Source: Euglena gracilis
Lineage: Eukaryota
Assembly: GCA_039621445.1 (NCBI GenBank)
Contig: CP154954.1
Coordinates: 37,619,703-37,683,702, forward strand
Length of the DNA: 64,000 nt
Direction: 5' to 3'
Both the position numbers and the translations under genes were made by a program. Each line of letters opens with the position of its first letter. The stretch's first letter is position 1. The notes below the pieces were generated by a model. That model had not been told where the DNA came from. It was given only the letters and a program-made list of their open reading frames with translations, and did not search any database. Below, piece by piece: positions 13,703-26,000 of this stretch.

Positions 13703-16700
13703 ATGCAGAGCACAAGCCCCAACCCCAAATTTGATTATGACTTGTTGATGAGTTCATTGAGCAATTGTGATGAAGATTGCGGGGATTGGAACGGTTTGAA
13801 TGAAACAAGTTCCAATTCCCGACCCCCCAAGCAAGAAGAAGGCAATTTGACTCATTTGTCATTGTCAAAAGGCGAAACGCCTTTATTATTGCATGGGGGT
13901 AATGAACCCTCTTCATCATCATTGTCATTGATTGTGCGGGATGTAGGTGGCAAAATGCCTTCCTCCATCCCGATTCACCCATCATTGATGCGGCGAGGGG
14001 ATGAACCCCTTGCCCCCTCACACTTGGTTACTCATGTTACCCATGAACAAAGTGAGGGGTATTTGCCCTTTGCTCTGTTCACACCCAAAAGATCCCCGGT
14101 GGAAGCACCGGTGGGCCTTTTGGAGTGCAACTCGGTGGAAACACCGTGTTTTTTCCAACCCCCCCTCAATTACCACCCCCCACACCATTTCACGCTTTGC
14201 CGGGATTACCCGCGGAAGCTGCGGTTTTCCCTGCATTGCCATGGAACCCAGATATGCGTCTGGTGGTGCCGGAAATCTCTGGTGCCGTTTCCATTGTGGA
14301 GGACTATGAGGAAGATTTGAGGGATAACCTCACCCCCGGTGATGTTTACCGAATTCTCGGTCAACTCCCAGCGGATCACCCGCTTAGCAAGCAAATTTTG
14401 CATGTCCACCAATGCGTTGCGGAATGCGCAACCATGCTCAACAAAGTTTTGCAGTTTGATGAGGACAATCAAAGGGTTGTCAACACCAAACTGGAATGTT
14501 GCTGGAATTATTTGCAGGAAATCGGCAAATATTGCCAACACAATTTTGAAAATGCGGGGAAAGACCTTCAGCATTTTCGAGAAAGTGTTGACAGTATTTT
14601 GCGCATCCAACTTCCACAAAATTTCCAACAAATCAGCGAAATGCTGCATGAAGCGGAAACGCGGAATGATTCCAAGTTTCTGCATGTGCAGGATGGTATG
14701 AGCCATCTTTTTGCCCAATTGGAATCCTGTTCAACCATGTTACTGCAGTTACAGCAGCAGCAGTTACAAGCGCAAAATGCCACCCCCAAAATGCCGGAAA
14801 TCGGTAACTTTGTCGCGGTTGAGCATTTTGCCGCACTTACCACTTCTTTCCAAGAAGCCCAACAACGGATTTTGCATCTTGGCTCGGAAATCGAGCACTT
14901 GAAGCAATTCCAGGCGAAAGTGCAAGAAAATTTTGTTCCCCGTACACAAATCCAGCTTTTGGAGGAACGAATTTCACACTTGGAGCAAAAATCCTGCCAT
15001 TGTGCCGCAAATCAGGATGGATTAACCACCTTGAACGCGAAAATCGCGGATTGCGCACAACGGTTGGATTTCACGCAACAACAAATGCAAACGGACATTG
15101 GCGGTATTAATGCCACCGTTGTCGGTTTGCAGGAGCATGTTTCTGCACTTTCCAAGCGAATTCCCGACATTAGTGGTATTCAAGCCGCTATTGGGGAATT
15201 GCAAACCCGTTGCACCTTGTTGTCCACCACAGTGACGGAAATCCGCTCACTACCCCCCATTTCGCGTGCTCGGATATCCGAGTCACCGGAATTTCGCTCA
15301 TTTTATGACAAAGTGCTTGGTGACAACAAGGAAACCTTGCAAGCATTTTGTACAAGTTTGCTCCAAATTGAGGAGGCGTGAACCGGAATGCCCGGTCCGT
15401 GCAAGATGAGGTTTCTCGGTTGGGTGGGAGAATTTCTAAGATGCTGGAAAATCCAACCGCGGAAAAGTCGCGCACCACCGTGGCATCCCCCACAAGTCAC
15501 TCCACCAATTGCAAACCGTCTCAAATGCGGTAGTAAAGCGCTTGCGGGTCAACTCCGGAATGTGGAGGAGTCCCAAGGAAATCTTGCCCAAGAATTACAC
15601 TTGGTTTCTGAAAAGTTGCCACACTTGGAAGATTTTTCCCGTTACCGCAAACGCATTAGGCATTTGGAGACTGAGGTTGACCGTATTTGCGGCCAACTCC
15701 AGTTGGTGGAACATTTGGAAGAAACGGTGCATGACTTGTCCGCGAGTTTGGATAAAATGTCCACTCCGATACCGGTTGTGCCACCATCCACCGCGGTAAG
15801 CGCTGCGGTTGGTATTCCAAATGTCCCGGAATCGCGTTCTCAAATTACCATTTCTGGAGTAGGAATCCCTACATCCACCGCGAATTTGGTACAACCACCC
15901 GCGAAAACGCGAATTGTACCACCTTTGCATTTGCCAACACCACAAACACACTCTTCGCACGACATTTCCGATGAGGAAATTGACCCCCACTCGAAAATTC
16001 GAGTCTCCACCAAGAAATTCAACATTCCAACCTTGTACGAGGAATGAGCCAACACCCCACACCTGGTATTGGTCATGTGTCGCAATCGCGATCATACCAA
16101 CAACCGACGGGTTCTGGAATGCCAGACCACCCATCGGGTTTTCGGCGGGAAACCCGCCACACTGAGAGGATTTCACCACATTTTTCGCAATTCCCGCAGG
16201 AAAATCCTGCCAACCTTACACTTGGTGCGGGAAATCCTGCACGGGTCAAACATGGAGCGGAAAATCCGCGAAACGCGTTTGGTGTTAAGAATTACCCTGA
16301 CCCAAACCCCTGGAATACCACCGAGGGTCAGCGGGTTACTCAGAGAGACTTCAAGGGCACCATCGCAATCGCGAACAAGGTGAAGCCCCAATGGGACGGG
16401 GATCCAACCACATGGAGACAATTTTTTCGGGACTGGGAGTACTATTGGGCACTAAAGGGACCCACCCAAGACCCGAATCCCGAGGTAGTCAAGATGGAAT
16501 TCATCGATTGCCTACCGAGGGAGGAGCGAGAACGCGCACGCAATTTGGTGATACGTAATGGCGTATCATTCGATGACCTGGTTGAGCAATACGCTTCAAC
16601 CAATTCAAGTCTGGTCACCAGGATTACCCTGGAGAAGAAGTGGCGACAATTCGCGCCATCTGATCGCAAATGGAAATCCATTGACCTTTGGTATGCCAAA

Positions 16701-17781
16701 TGGTTAGCACTTGCTTCCGAAGTTGATGAACTTAGCGAGAAGCAAATGCGCGAACAATTCGATGCGGTTTTGTTGCATTTCACACCATCCCTCGTGAAGG
16801 ATATCCATCGCGAGGAGTTGGCAGGGCATGAGATGACTCTTGCCCAACGTTGGAATTATGTGTCAAAGCAACTCAAGCTCACACAAGTTTTGGGACAAAT
16901 ACAGTCCGCTTTCCAAACGCATCCCACCGCGGGAATCCCTGCGGGTGCGGTTAATGCGTTGCAAAAATCACCCATGTCACCAAGATCACCCACCACGGGA
17001 TCGAAAACGCGGAATCAGCGTTCTTCGGACCAGGGCACGGATAAACTGTGCTTTTTGTGCAACAAATCTGGTCACATGTCTCGGGAATGCCCGAATCCCG
17101 ATGCGCGAAAGCGTATTGGAAGCCCAAGGGGCTCGACCTCCTCACGGGGATCGGGTTCCTCGGCGTTTTCACGTCAATCGGGAGTTTCACGGTCTTCGGA
17201 GAACCGCTTTAGCGGCAGTAGGCCCAAGTCACCATCGCGTGATGGTCGGGAAACCCGTCCTTCTCGCGGTCGGTCACCTGGCCCCCCCTGCCCGAAAACG
17301 GGATTTCAATCGCGATTCTTCACGATCTCGTTCGCGAAGTGGATCATCCTCTTCACGCGAGTCAACGGGGAAGTCCCGATACACCGGTCATGGTCGACGG
17401 GAAACCCGTTCACCACGACGGTTTGACGGAAAAACGGAATACCGTTCCCCCCGTTATGCGGAATCCCGCCACAAATCCCGTTGTTCACTTTGCGGTTCCA
17501 AAGATCACCACGCATCCAAATGTCCCAGATCTCGTTCCCCCCGGCCCGGCTACGGAAATCGCGGTAAGCGCCGCGATGACCGTGGTTACTCCTCCAACCG
17601 GCAAAAGGTCGGTTTCAAGATATCTTGTTTGGAGGAGGACACCCCGGCTTCGGGCAGGGAGGGGGATGAGACCTCGGATGGGGAATTTAATGAGGCCCGA
17701 ATGGCGGTGCGCTCATTGAATTCCATCTATTCCACCAAAAAGTCCGTTGCCGGCTATGCGGCCGGTTCGGACTTGGAGTAG
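13703..17781 (+). CDS. gag: Gag-like polyprotein (~1360 aa when joined; frameshifted in this copy): long coiled-coil N-region, capsid-like region, two CCHC zinc knuckles, RS-rich tail
   Basis: Pieces 13679-14320, 14125-15381, 15388-16047, 16044-17426, 16840-17781. CFLCNKSGHMSREC at 17049-17090 and CSLCGSKDHHASKC at 17482-17523. Copy 2 reads through the ~15375 and ~17290 breaks. Start codon uncertain. Confidence 0.82.
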
Positions 17782-17817
17782 GGGAGCCCGAGGTCCGAGG
17801 GCACGGACCTCTGGGCT
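17779..17817 (+). promoter_or_regulatory. Probable gag-pol stop-codon readthrough signal (UAG-G, 8-nt spacer, GC-rich stem-loop)
   Basis: The gag TAG is in frame with pol (15 open codons to ATG 17827). Stem GAGGTCCG/CGGACCTC at 17790-17811 can extend by AGCCC/GGGCT. Identical in copy 2 at 58351-58389. Confidence 0.7.
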
Positions 17818-20800
17818 GATGAACAGATGGAGGTAAGACCTGATCAACCTTACCCCCCCTGCCCATCTGCCTTCACGGTCAGTACCCGGAATTATTTCGG
17901 GTCCCCTACCACCTACTTCACATTTCCGCTCGGAATGCTGAGCAAAGAAGGAAAGGGTTCATGGGAGAGCTGGCATGCAAACGTATTTCCGCCAGACCCT
18001 TCACTTTGCGTACCACCAATGGAATTACTCGTCCAAGCGGAAATCCGCATTCAAAATTTCTCCACTAAAGTTAAAATTCTCATTGACACTGGTTGTCGCA
18101 TTGCACTGCTCTTTCGGTTGGGGTTGATACCGACCCCGCTCTTGGTAAGCGCCAAGAAACCGATCAAAATTACAACCGCGGATAACACCCCCATGTGTGG
18201 TGGTGATTTGGGATGTGTGCTCGAGATACTCTTGCCCATCATTCCGAAACATCACTCACAACCCCCACAAGTACAACATTTCACCAATATTTGGGGTTAC
18301 GAGTCCGGAATTCACGGGTCTGACGTAATTTTGGGATACCCATTTTTACGCCAGTACCGATTGGTTGTGGATTGCCACTCCCACGGTTTGCGCACAGCAC
18401 ACACCACTTCATTGACACCCAAACCACCATCACCGTTGTCATCCACTATGATGACCACCGCTTTGCCCACACCGTTATCCACAATGGCAACACCGTTACC
18501 CACCACACCAACAACCGTTTTCCACACCCGGGGTACGGAGAAAGCCTCCCCCCTGCCCAATGACACACCAACATGCGTTCCACATGAGGCAGGGCAAGCG
18601 AGTAGCGGTACCCCCGCCGTTCCACTGGGTTACAAGACGAAAGCCCAAAGGCCTGCAGTACGTACCGTGTCGAGTAGTCGCCCAGCTACACCACCACTCC
18701 GTTTCCCACCAGTTGTGCCGAATCCAGGCACACCTGTACAAGACTCACGGTCTAATGCCATCGACACCCACTTTCACGCACACCCGTCACACCATCACAC
18801 TTCCTTCCAATGTGTGCACTGCAGGAGAATTTCCACCCAATCGGATTTCGATTGTGGATGTTTAGTTCAAAATCCGACACTAATCACAATTCCGAATACG
18901 GAATACACACGCCATGATACACTTGGTTGTAGCCCGCAATGCGCGGAAATACACCGAGTACTCCAACAACGCGGATTAGCCTCGTTGTTCGGAACCGCGA
19001 AAAGCGCGATTCCTAATTACAATCGCGATCACACTTGGTACGGATTTGATGCGGAATGGGGAAACCCCCAACCTGTCCAAACTCCCTTGGGATTAACCCT
19101 TGAGGTAGTGGAAGACAACCCGCATGTTTGTGGATCCATTCATTGTGTTTCTTCACTCCAACCCGAAAATCGGGTGCATGAATACGCGAAACGCGTATGG
19201 AATGCTTTCAATTTTGGTCAATATCGCATTTTGGAACGATGGTTTTCCAAAATCGCGACATTGGCTGATTCTTTTGATTTGGCATTGGAAATCGATGCCT
19301 TCTCATCCAATGCACATGCCCGTTTGCCACGTCATTGGTCACAACACTCCAACGCATTTGATAAATTTTGGGGTGATACGGTGTTATGGATGCACCCTCC
19401 CCCAAAACTTATCGAATGTGCGGTTGAGAAAATTCTGCGGGATGAAGCCCGTGGAGTTATTCTCATACCCATCATTCCGGAAGCGGAATGGTTCACCCAA
19501 CTATCGTATGTATGTTTTCATTGGTGGGATTTACCCACTAATGTACCGATTTTTGAGGATTTTTGTGGTAAAATATTACCACCCTTGCAAGAAATCATTT
19601 TTCGCGTATGTTTCTTCGATGCATTCGGAATGTCCGAATTCGCGGTGCCGAGGAAGCTCGGTAGCCCCAGGGATACCCTGGTGGTTTCCGCAGTCATCGA
19701 GAGTGCAGGTCAGCATCCTAAGTCAGCCGAATTCTGTTCGCGGATTACCCGCGAATTCCACGGTGTGCTGGAAAATCCAGTATACGCGTGCGACATCGAC
19801 CCCGCGATACGCGGTCCGTTCGGTGTTTTGTAAGATCGAGCTTAAGGATGGAGCCAAGCCAATGCACCGGAAATTTTTTCGTTGTTCGGGAGAACGCGAA
19901 CAAGCTCTCAATGAAATGATTGAGAAGCTTATTCAGCGCAAGTGGATTGTACCCTCGAAAAGCGAGTGGACATCCCAGGCATTTGTTGTTCCTAAACCCC
20001 CAGACCCCTCAGGTCAGAAGAAATGGAGGCTGGTGCTGGATTACCGGTACCTGAACTCCCAAACAAGGGATGATCCCTTCCCGCTCCCCCTGATCGAGGA
20101 TTTGATCACCAAACAATCGGAAAACCGGTTGTGGTCAATTTTCGATCTGGAGGACGGTTTTCACCAAATGCACTTACACCCTGACTCCCAACCATACACG
20201 GCATTCGTGACATCCAAGGGTGTGTACCAATGGACGGTACTCCCCATGGGTGTTAAGAATGGCCCAGCCATGTTTCAGCGCATGATACAATGGGTTTTAC
20301 GCGACTTACCGTTTGCCATTGTGTACATTGATGATGTGCTGGTGGGAACACCACCACCATCCGCAAAATCGAGCGAGGATATCCTCGTCACACACTTCCA
20401 CCATGTTTGCGCGGTATTAACCGCTTTTCAAAAACATGTGCTTTTCGCGAAAGGCGCGAAAATGCATTTGTTTCGGATACTTATAAAATTTTGCGGTCAC
20501 ATCCTCAGCAATGGACAGCGGAAAGCCGCTCCGAGTAAACTCGAAGCCATTAAGAAATGGACCCCTGAGGTAATCAAAACGATTACTCACCTCAAAGGAT
20601 TTTTGGGATTAGCCCAATACTACGCGATTTATATGAAGGACTTCGCGGTGCCCCTCACCAAGCAGCTCAAAAACCGGGCTGTTGACAACACCAAAGTCAT
20701 TTGGGATGACCAAATGCGCGAGGCCCTTGAGAAAATCAAGGTTTTGCTTTTGGAGAATGTTGTCCTCGAAATCGCGGACCCGTACAAACCATACGTGTTG

Positions 20801-22872
20801 GAAGTCGACAGCAGCGATTACGCTGTTGGCGGAGTTCTTAGCCAGCATAATGCGGCGAATGAGCTCCGACCTGTGGCTTTCTTCAGCAGAAAGTTACAGG
20901 GCGACGATGGAAAAGGTCAAGTCAAATGGAGTATACGCGAGAAGGAAACCTACGCAATCGTGCTTATACTCCAGAAATTCCGAAGCTGGGTAGCCAGCAG
21001 CCTCGTCCAGATCCTCGTCAAGACCGACCATGAGAGTCTCCAACACTGGTACACCGAGGATTTGAACAAGGCCATGTCATCGGTCGGAAGGCGATGCAGA
21101 TGGCATGAGTTCTTGAGTCAATTCAACCTTGTGGTTATTTATACCCCTGGTCACACACAAAAAGTAGCGGATCCGCTCAGTCGGGCCCCTTGGTATTACC
21201 CTGGGAACCCGGATGAGGGAGACGCGACTTTTCATGGAAGTCAGGAAGCTGACGACTACGCACGTCGAAACGACGCTGCGGATAATCTTTTGGATTCTTT
21301 TCCCGTTTCACAACTATTCCTGGTCGCACCAGTGCGAGGAAGGCGCCGACGTGGAAGCACGTCCGGGCCCCGGCGTATTACGCGCACGGAGTCCCCTTCT
21401 CCACTGTTCTTTCGCGAATGGGATTATAGTCGTGATCCGGTGTATGACACCATTGTCACCAGACTTCGTAATGGCGAAGTGCTGGACAATTACACTCTTT
21501 CACCATTACGGTTGGTTTTCGCAATGAATCGGGTTACAAATATTGTATCCCCCAGGACCTGGTTGATGATGTGATTTTGTGTTATCACAACCATGGTCAC
21601 CCTGGGGCCCCCAAACTTCTTTCGTTGGTGGGCCGCAGGTACTGTACAACCCTGAGCGAGAAAGAGCTTTACTCACGCTGTTTGCGAATAGCGCAACGGT
21701 GTCAAATTTGTCAAGCGGTAAAACCCCGCAGAGGTACCCCCCCTGGTACGATGGACTTTTTCCCCGTACCCCCTGACATTTTTACATCCCTCTGCATGGA
21801 TTTTCTGGAATTAGAACCGTGCAAAGGAACAGACGACAAAATTTACGATTACGTTTTTGTTGTCGTCTGCAGGCTGAGTGGGTACATTGTAGCCATTCCA
21901 TGCCAGAAGTCAGGGTTGACTGCCCAAAGTTTGGCAACTATATTTTTGGAGAAATGCATTTGCTTGATGGGTTTACCGAATGAAATCGTGAGTGATCAAG
22001 ACCATTTGATTTCTTCAAGGTTTTTCACCACTTTGTGCGGTTTACTCGGAATCGAGCAACATTTTTCCATTATATACCGACCCAAAGGCAATGGTAGAGC
22101 CGAGGCAGCCGTGAAATCCGTCGTGAATATGCTTCGCCTTTCACTGGCTGACTCGCGCAGCAACTGGATATCAGTTCTACCATGGTCTTTGTTTTATATC
22201 AATACCCTACCAGGGTTGGTTTTACCTCACTCCCCCTATAAATTAGTTTTCGGACGGGACCCTCCGGCCATAGGGGATGTCCCTTCGGAGAGACCCGCCC
22301 GAACGAGTGTCAGTTGCGAGACCTGGTTTGCGGAAGTAGAAAATCTACGTTCTGCAGTCCAGAAGCGCGTGACTGATATTCATGCAGCAAAACGGAAATC
22401 GTTTTTGCAGAATTTCAAGTCACCTGTTTACAGTCCCGGTGACCGCGTGTGGGTACGGAATAGCCGTACTCGCATGCAGTCTTCCAAGCTGGACCCCCTC
22501 TGGCTCGGCCCCTGTGAAATCCTAGAAAGACTAGGTACCAGCGGGCGTTACAAGGTTGCATTACCGAATGGTGTTGAGGACGTTCATATGGACGACTTCA
22601 AACCATACCTGTCGCCACCGGATGGGAAACCCATCCCGTGTTTGCACTTCAAACCCCGTTCCAGATTACCTGAGACGGACGACTTTGTAGTCGATAAAAT
22701 TATCGATCACAAAATCGACAAAGGTATGCACCTTTGGAAGGTCCGCTGGAAAGGGTATGGGCCCGAGGAGGACACTTGGGAGCCAGCAACCAGTTTTGTT
22801 GGGTATGTCCAGCAAGATTGGAAGCTGTGGAACAAGAAACATAACATTGATGTTTCCATGACAAGTTTTTGA
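17782..22872 (+). CDS. pol: Pol polyprotein (~1700 aa; frameshifts near 19830 and 21520-21570): aspartic protease, adenine MTase-like domain, RT, RNase H, integrase, chromodomain
   Basis: LIDTG (DTG at 18085) and ILGYPFL; RT WRLVLDYRYLN, FDLEDGFHQ, LPMG, YIDD (20324); RNase H VDSSDYAVGGVL, EKETYAI, TDH, ADPLSR; IN H-H-C-C, MDF, SDQD, GRAE. Confidence 0.93.
19220..19620 (+). other. Dam-like (phage/DIRS-type) DNA N6-adenine methyltransferase domain within Pol
   Basis: LEIDAFSSNAHARLPRHWS...NAFDKFWGDTVLWMHPPPKLIECAVEKILRDEARGVILIPIIPEAEWF matches the DxFAS...N...DAF...W...(N)PP..LI..(V)L.K......LVVP.....W pattern. Motif IV reads HPPP. Confidence 0.75.
22684..22850 (+). other. Chromodomain at integrase C-terminus
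   Basis: FVVDKIIDHKIDKGMHLWKVRWKGYGPEEDTWEP with aromatic cage-type residues F/W/Y. Confidence 0.93.
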
Positions 22873-22894
22873 GAACGCATGGGAAACCCATGTT

Positions 22895-22943
22895 GTTTTC
22901 TCTTCTTTTTATCATTGATTCTTATCATTCTTTCTTTCCGCAG
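22895..22943 (+). promoter_or_regulatory. Putative splice acceptor (polypyrimidine tract + CAG) upstream of ORF3
   Basis: TTTTCTCTTCTTTTT...TTCTTTCTTTCCGCAG ending ~90 nt before ATG 23035. The AG-proximal part is conserved in copies 2 and 3. Confidence 0.6.
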
Positions 22944-23034
22944 ACTTTTTACCAAATAATACTCAAGCGGTTACCCTCACACACCTTACAACAAACAACC
23001 CAAACATCCCACCGTACCGACCCCGGGCTGTCAT

Positions 23035-26000
23035 ATGCTGCCCGGCGGAAGGGAGCCAGGCGGAGGACCGCCTTACCACCCCACCACTCACCCTCAACCT
23101 GACCAGTATGCGTACCGATACGGTACGCAGCCACCTGCACGGACTGCGGCTCAGGGAAACCCTGAAGCCAGCAGCAGTAGCAGGATGACCCAGATGCCCG
23201 CGGAAGCGCGGCCATCTCAGCCATCAGGCTCTCGTCGCCTCCCACCGTATGCGGGTGTGATGATCCACCGCACGGCGGAGACGATGAACCGGGTTATGCG
23301 TATGAGCGCAAACCCGGCACCAGACCAACTCACACAGGCATTGTGGGATGACCACTGCCGTAAAGTTTTGACCATCGCGAATACCCCTCCAGCCCTGTGG
23401 TGTATGTGCGCCCAGGCGACGATGACCGGTCTGGTGTATTACACCGACCCGGACGCGTCGGGATTCGCGGCAGACATTACCATGCGTGACCTGGGCGTGG
23501 AAGTCCCGCCACAGGTCGCCAGGCAGGTACCACCTGTTGGCACTTACACTGCACATTTTCGTGCTCACTCCCCCGGATTACCCGAGGAAGAGACGGTGGA
23601 AGCACCTGTCCGGAGTGAACACCCACGTGTAAAAGAAAGTATTTTTCGATCCCCTGAGCGCATGCCCCGGCGGGATTATCCTGCGCAGGAGCCTGTGTCT
23701 CAGTATACCGTCTCTGGGGATTACCCCAGCAGGCGCCAATGCCACGGGATCAGTACGTATATCCACCTCAACCCCACCCAACCATACCTGACCCTATCCC
23801 ACGACGTCCTGCGGAGGGAAATCCTCCCCCGACGTCTGACTCTGCCCGAAGCGCTCGTCCGCGGGAAGCCGCGACAGCGCCTCGTGCGGCACCAGTTCCC
23901 CCGGCACGGGATGAACCCGTTAACCCGTGGACTGGTCGGCCGTTCGAGACTGAGGAGGACCGTCAACAGTATGAATATGCTGTGACGATCCAACGACAAA
24001 TCGCACGTCGCCCCCCTGTTTCCGCTGGCCAGGGATACCCTGCCCGGGCGGAAATGACACGGGAAGAGCGCCAGCAGTATGATGCTGCTGTGTCGGCTCT
24101 CACAGGAGTCCCAGCTCCATCACGGTTAAGTCAACCAGCGCGACAGCGGGACGTGGCTGTGGCGGAAGCGCCACCAGCACGACCCACAAGCTCTGCCGCC
24201 GGCAAACGTGACCGCGGCCCGGAAAATCTGACGCCGCAGCCACAACGCCGCTCGCCGAGGTCGGAAAATCCGCCCGCGGCGATGCGCGTCGACGCTGAGG
24301 AGGAAGCTCCGCCAGCGCCCGACGTGACGGCAGAACGGGCACGTCGGGAAACCCGACCATCCCCAGTCGCACCGGTTTACTCGAATCGTGGTGATGCTGA
24401 GCAGGAATTTGCTCGAACACCAAGCACGGAATCCGTGACTTATCCTGTGTATACAGAAGAAGACCCAGAATACTGGGAATATTGGGACCCATATCGGGCG
24501 ACGATAGAATGGCTGTCCAACACGAAGGGCAAGGGTAAAGGAAAAGGCAAGGGTAAGGGTAAAGGTAAAGGCCAGGAGAAAGGTGGGAAAGCCCCATCTG
24601 GGAAAGGCGGAAAACCCGCTGGACCACCTCCAGGCAAAGGCGGAAAATCTGCCGGACCCCCAGCAGGAAAAGGCGGAAAAGCCGCCGAACCTTCGAAAAC
24701 GAAGGATTACGACGCTGACCAGCTGTTCGATTACTTGGATGAAATCTGGCCGAAAATCGACCAGGATCTCGAAAAGTACACGCGTGCTGGCAACGTGATC
24801 CACCGACCACCGGAAGCGGTGCTCGCAGTGGTGCAGGATCGTATGCACGATCACTGCAAACGATTCATCTACAGTACCGAACTTCATCCGTTTGAGGGAT
24901 ACCCTCATTCGGATGAAATGGTCCTGGACCAGATGTCTGGTTTCTGGGAACTCTGGTTCTGGTTGGGATATCCCTGCCAGAACTTTGGCATTTTCACCGA
25001 CCGAAACGGTCTGACATACATCGATTGTTTGAACACATGTGAAGACGATGAAACATTCGTAGCACAGTTGAAGGAAATCTTCAACCACATGTATTCCGTC
25101 AGCGCACTGGGAATCCAGTGGAAATATTACCCCCTGCCGGAGAAACTCCAGGCGCAGGCGGTAACGTTCACAAACAACCTCCAAGTATTCTTGGACAGCA
25201 TGTATGGCATGCTGTTCAAGGTACTGGACGTGGACCTCGCCTACCCTCAACGATACAAACTGGAATGCCGGTTTTGCAAGGAAGTCCACATTGTTGACTT
25301 CTGGGGTTTCGGGGAGCGCGGAAAACCGCCTCCGACTGCCGAGAATGCCGGCAGCCCACCGACCAGGAGATTCCTCCTGCATCAGTGCCGGAAACCCCAG
25401 ATCGGAACGCAAGACCGGAAGGTGCTGAAACAGCACCGGCAGAAAATATTTCTGCTCCAACAATACTGGCACAGGGCGTGGATTACCTACGTCCTGGAAG
25501 TATATATATATTTCCTGGAGCAGATGACCACCGATGTGGATATCCACAGGAAGTGGATACCTCGGGGATACACCGAGGTAGATGCCAGACCGTATGATCC
25601 AGACCGACGCAGGATAAACCTGCGGCCGGACTGGACGGGGGCAGAAATCGGCCTCCGGGAACACCTGCAGAGCCAGTTCGGGGAAATCCTGGACTGGCAG
25701 GAGTTCGAAGTGTTCTTCGCTCCCCGCGAGCTAAGCCAACCTCGCTACGCAGTACCACTGCCAGCTTTCCTGGAAGAAACGGGAGAGTATGGTATGGGTG
25801 AGGCCCGTCGATCGCAGTGGGAAGACCTCTGCCTGATCAACGAGGATGAGCCTCAACCTCCACCCGGAAGCTGGGTGCGAGCGTCGTGGCCACCTCCATA
25901 CCCCAACTCTGACAGGAGTGAAAGTATTAGCTTTTTCCGCCTGTCAAATGCCCAAGGGTGCTACAGAAGCAGGGAAGACCCGCGTTCTGCAGCCCAACTA

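Noticed and set aside
14148-14170. Programmed -1 frameshift at T TTT TTC in the gag 5' region
   Set aside because: The heptamer is not conserved in copy 2, and both copies differ in homopolymer lengths, so error or decay is the simpler explanation.
24126-25664. 512-aa antisense ORF and other shadow ORFs over gag, pol and ORF3
   Set aside because: No motifs, not preserved at full length in copy 3; a mirror of the sense coding frame.
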